Shown here: in pieces, positions 5,430 to 6,859 of the stretch
How positions within the stretch are numbered: the stretch's first letter is position 1
Layout of the letters: each line of letters starts with the position of its first letter
From: an uncultured Bacteroidota bacterium
GTDB lineage: Bacteria > Bacteroidota > Bacteroidia > Chitinophagales > Chitinophagaceae
NCBI GenBank assembly: GCA_903825065.1
Contig: CAIJZG010000261.1
Span: forward strand, 1-6,859
DNA: 6,859 nucleotides
Direction: 5' to 3'
Position numbers and translations under genes: made by a program
Notes under the pieces: generated by a model
Seen by the model: only the letters and a program-made list of their open reading frames with translations
Database searches by the model: none
Told to the model about the DNA's origin: nothing

Positions 5430-5436
5430 CCTGGTA

Positions 5437-6666
5437 CTACGCCAACTTGTCCGCTGCCATAGTTGCAGTCATTTTGCTGTAATGGCGTTCAATCATGCCT
5501 ACGCTTGTACCCATTTGCTTGGCTAGGGTATGAATATCAATGCCCCTTGCCAGTGACTGAGTGGCATAGGTATGGCGAAGGCTGTATAAAGTTCTGGTCT
5601 GCCCAGCACCATCTTCCAGTAACCCACTCTTTTGCATCAAATTTCGGAAGATATTGGGCATATGGCTTAGGGTGTCACCATTTGGGCGTTTAAAAACCGG
5701 CTTGTCTAGCTTGGCATCAATGATTTCAGTCAAGTTCTTATAGGGTAACCCTTGCCAGACCAGTAGTCGTTCCAATACTTCCACTACCTCGTGTCTAGCA
5801 ATCAAATATCTTGGCCCTGTCTTGCCACTGACCCAAATACGAACATATCGTTTGCCATCCATCCAATGCCATTGAATATGTCGCCATCTTAGGGGTAGGG
5901 CTTCAGTGCCATGTCTAATTCCTGTAGCCAATAAGAACTCCACATATGCAATGCAAAGCCGTCTCATCTCAGCAGTATGTTCTGTATAGCTACTGGTCAA
6001 CCAAGTTGGAAAATATGCTCTCAGTTGCTCAATTTCTTCATTTGTAAAGGCTGGGCGGGGTGTGCTTTTAGTTCCCTTAGAGTTAAGAATGGGAATCGCG
6101 CGATTTAGCCCAACAGCACCTGATTCTCTTCCGTAGTTAATCACTCGTATATAAGCACTGGCGTGATTACGTTTGGTACTGGCCATTGGCATTTTTCCCA
6201 TCTCCGCTTCACGCCAAGATTCAAAGTCAGCCAAGTCATCTACTGTTATTGTCTCAATTTCCTTTGCCCCAAAGAAAGGAATTAAGTATTTGTTGATGGC
6301 AAAGGTATAGTCCCTGTATGTACGCTTACCTGTCTTGTTTTCCATCATCCTGGCCATATTTCCAATTTCAGCCAATGCGACTTGTCTAAATGTCTTCCTT
6401 AATATGGCTAATCCAGCATCAGTCTTGGCTCTGGTGGCTTCGTAGATGGCTATTGATTGCACCTTTGCTGAGGCCAAATCATCAGTGCCGGTACTGGCAG
6501 TATGCCAGTTGCCATTAGCCAACTTAAATCTACATTGCCACTGGTGACTTCGCTTTCGCTTAAAAAGCGTCAACGCACCATTGAGCAATGTATGTGTTTT
6601 GGAGTTGTCCGTTGCGGTTGGACTTGATTGAGCAAAGATTTGTTGAAGTGATGACATTGCAAGCAT
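5437..6666 (-). CDS. int: Tyrosine-type site-specific integrase, 409 aa
   Basis: Full-length ORF with an N-terminal RKRSHQWQCRFKLANGNWHTASTG island-integrase-type arm region. The catalytic domain has Arg in LATGIRHGTEA, LYSLRHTYATQ (Arg-II), and MGTSVGMIERHYSK (Tyr nucleophile). A second in-frame ATG begins at 6657. No clear SD. Confidence 0.9.
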   Translation of the reverse strand: MLAMSSLQQIFAQSSPTATDNSKTHTLLNGALTLFKRKRSHQWQCRFKLANGNWHTASTGTDDLASAKVQSIAIYEATRAKTDAGLAILRKTFRQVALAEIGNMARMMENKTGKRTYRDYTFAINKYLIPFFGAKEIETITVDDLADFESWREAEMGKMPMASTKRNHASAYIRVINYGRESGAVGLNRAIPILNSKGTKSTPRPAFTNEEIEQLRAYFPTWLTSSYTEHTAEMRRLCIAYVEFLLATGIRHGTEALPLRWRHIQWHWMDGKRYVRIWVSGKTGPRYLIARHEVVEVLERLLVWQGLPYKNLTEIIDAKLDKPVFKRPNGDTLSHMPNIFRNLMQKSGLLEDGAGQTRTLYSLRHTYATQSLARGIDIHTLAKQMGTSVGMIERHYSKMTATMAADKLA

Positions 6667-6685
6667 TTGTGTAAAACAATGCTTG
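6660..6685. repeat. Inverted repeat CAAGCATT-n10-AATGCTTG overlapping the integrase start codon
   Basis: Read directly: CAAGCATT at 6660-6667, spacer TGTGTAAAAC, AATGCTTG at 6678-6685. The integrase ATG (CAT on +) is at 6664-6666, inside the left arm. Confidence 0.45.
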
Positions 6686-6859
6686 TAATTTTGTTTTCAT
6701 CGCAGAAATAAAGCGACCAAAAACAGTTATTTTATCATTTTGATGACTGTAGATGCTATTAGATTTGCATCATTTTCCATGAACTGCCACTAAAACTGTT
6801 GCAGATAAAGCACGGTATTTTGTAGTGCTTAAAGTAATGTTTTTTAACGGTCTATACAC

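Larger units (their letters stand above)
1..6859. mobile_element. Integrase-associated genomic island segment; true ends not resolved in this window
   Basis: Two tyrosine recombinase genes (2535-3110 and 5437-6666), an HUH-Rep-like gene, small island-type accessory genes, and patchy composition (28-33% GC on two lines at the left end, about 43% on one line in the integrase). No housekeeping gene recognised. Confidence 0.6.

Noticed and set aside
5463-5693. Plus-strand 76-aa ORF inside the integrase gene
   Set aside because: It is antisense to an integrase with intact catalytic motifs, and its translation is Cys/Trp-rich and implausible.
6667-6859. tRNA or tmRNA gene as an integration target next to the integrase
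   Set aside because: The flank is AT-rich with no acceptor-stem or T-arm (GTTCGAATC-like) pattern. No cloverleaf can be drawn, so the attachment target, if any, lies outside the window.
1-6859. CRISPR array, tandem repeats, IS element or transposase
   Set aside because: I saw no regularly spaced direct repeats of 24 bp or more, no terminal inverted repeats bracketing a transposase-like ORF, and no DDE or Tn3-type protein.

Overview
This AT-rich 6.86-kb window (about 28-43% GC by hand counts on three 60-nt lines) reads as part of a small integrase-bearing genomic island. There are five blocks, left to right. (1) A tightly coupled two-gene + strand operon. It encodes an unrecognisable 382-aa protein (45-1193), followed 2 nt later by a 437-aa protein (1196-2509). 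The second protein carries the full ordered motif set of the tRNA-guanine transglycosylase (TGT) superfamily but lacks the TGT zinc cluster, so it looks like a divergent DpdA-type base-exchange enzyme (DNA 7-deazaguanine). (2) A convergent tyrosine recombinase of FimB/FimE size with only the catalytic domain (2535-3110, -), preceded by a 286-bp AT-rich noncoding leader. (3) A 179-aa protein with an HUH-Rep-like motif layout (3403-3942, -). (4) Three small + strand genes of the kind that accompany island integrases: 4082-4525, a 48-codon ORF at 4573-4719 that is absent from the ORF track, and 4760-5059. (5) A full-length tyrosine integrase (5437-6666, -). I see no rRNA, tRNA, CRISPR array or transposase. 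The main novelty candidate is the unknown protein plus DpdA-like pair. It sits on a mobile element with no preQ0-synthesis, dpdB/dpdC or restriction partner in view, so it could be a minimal or new nucleic-acid base-exchange (modification or defence) module. A secondary signal is the arm sequence AAGCATT/AATGCTT. It forms palindromic sites at the 5' end of the operon, downstream of the Rep-like gene, and over the integrase start codon. All functional calls come from by-eye motif recognition, and no database search was possible.
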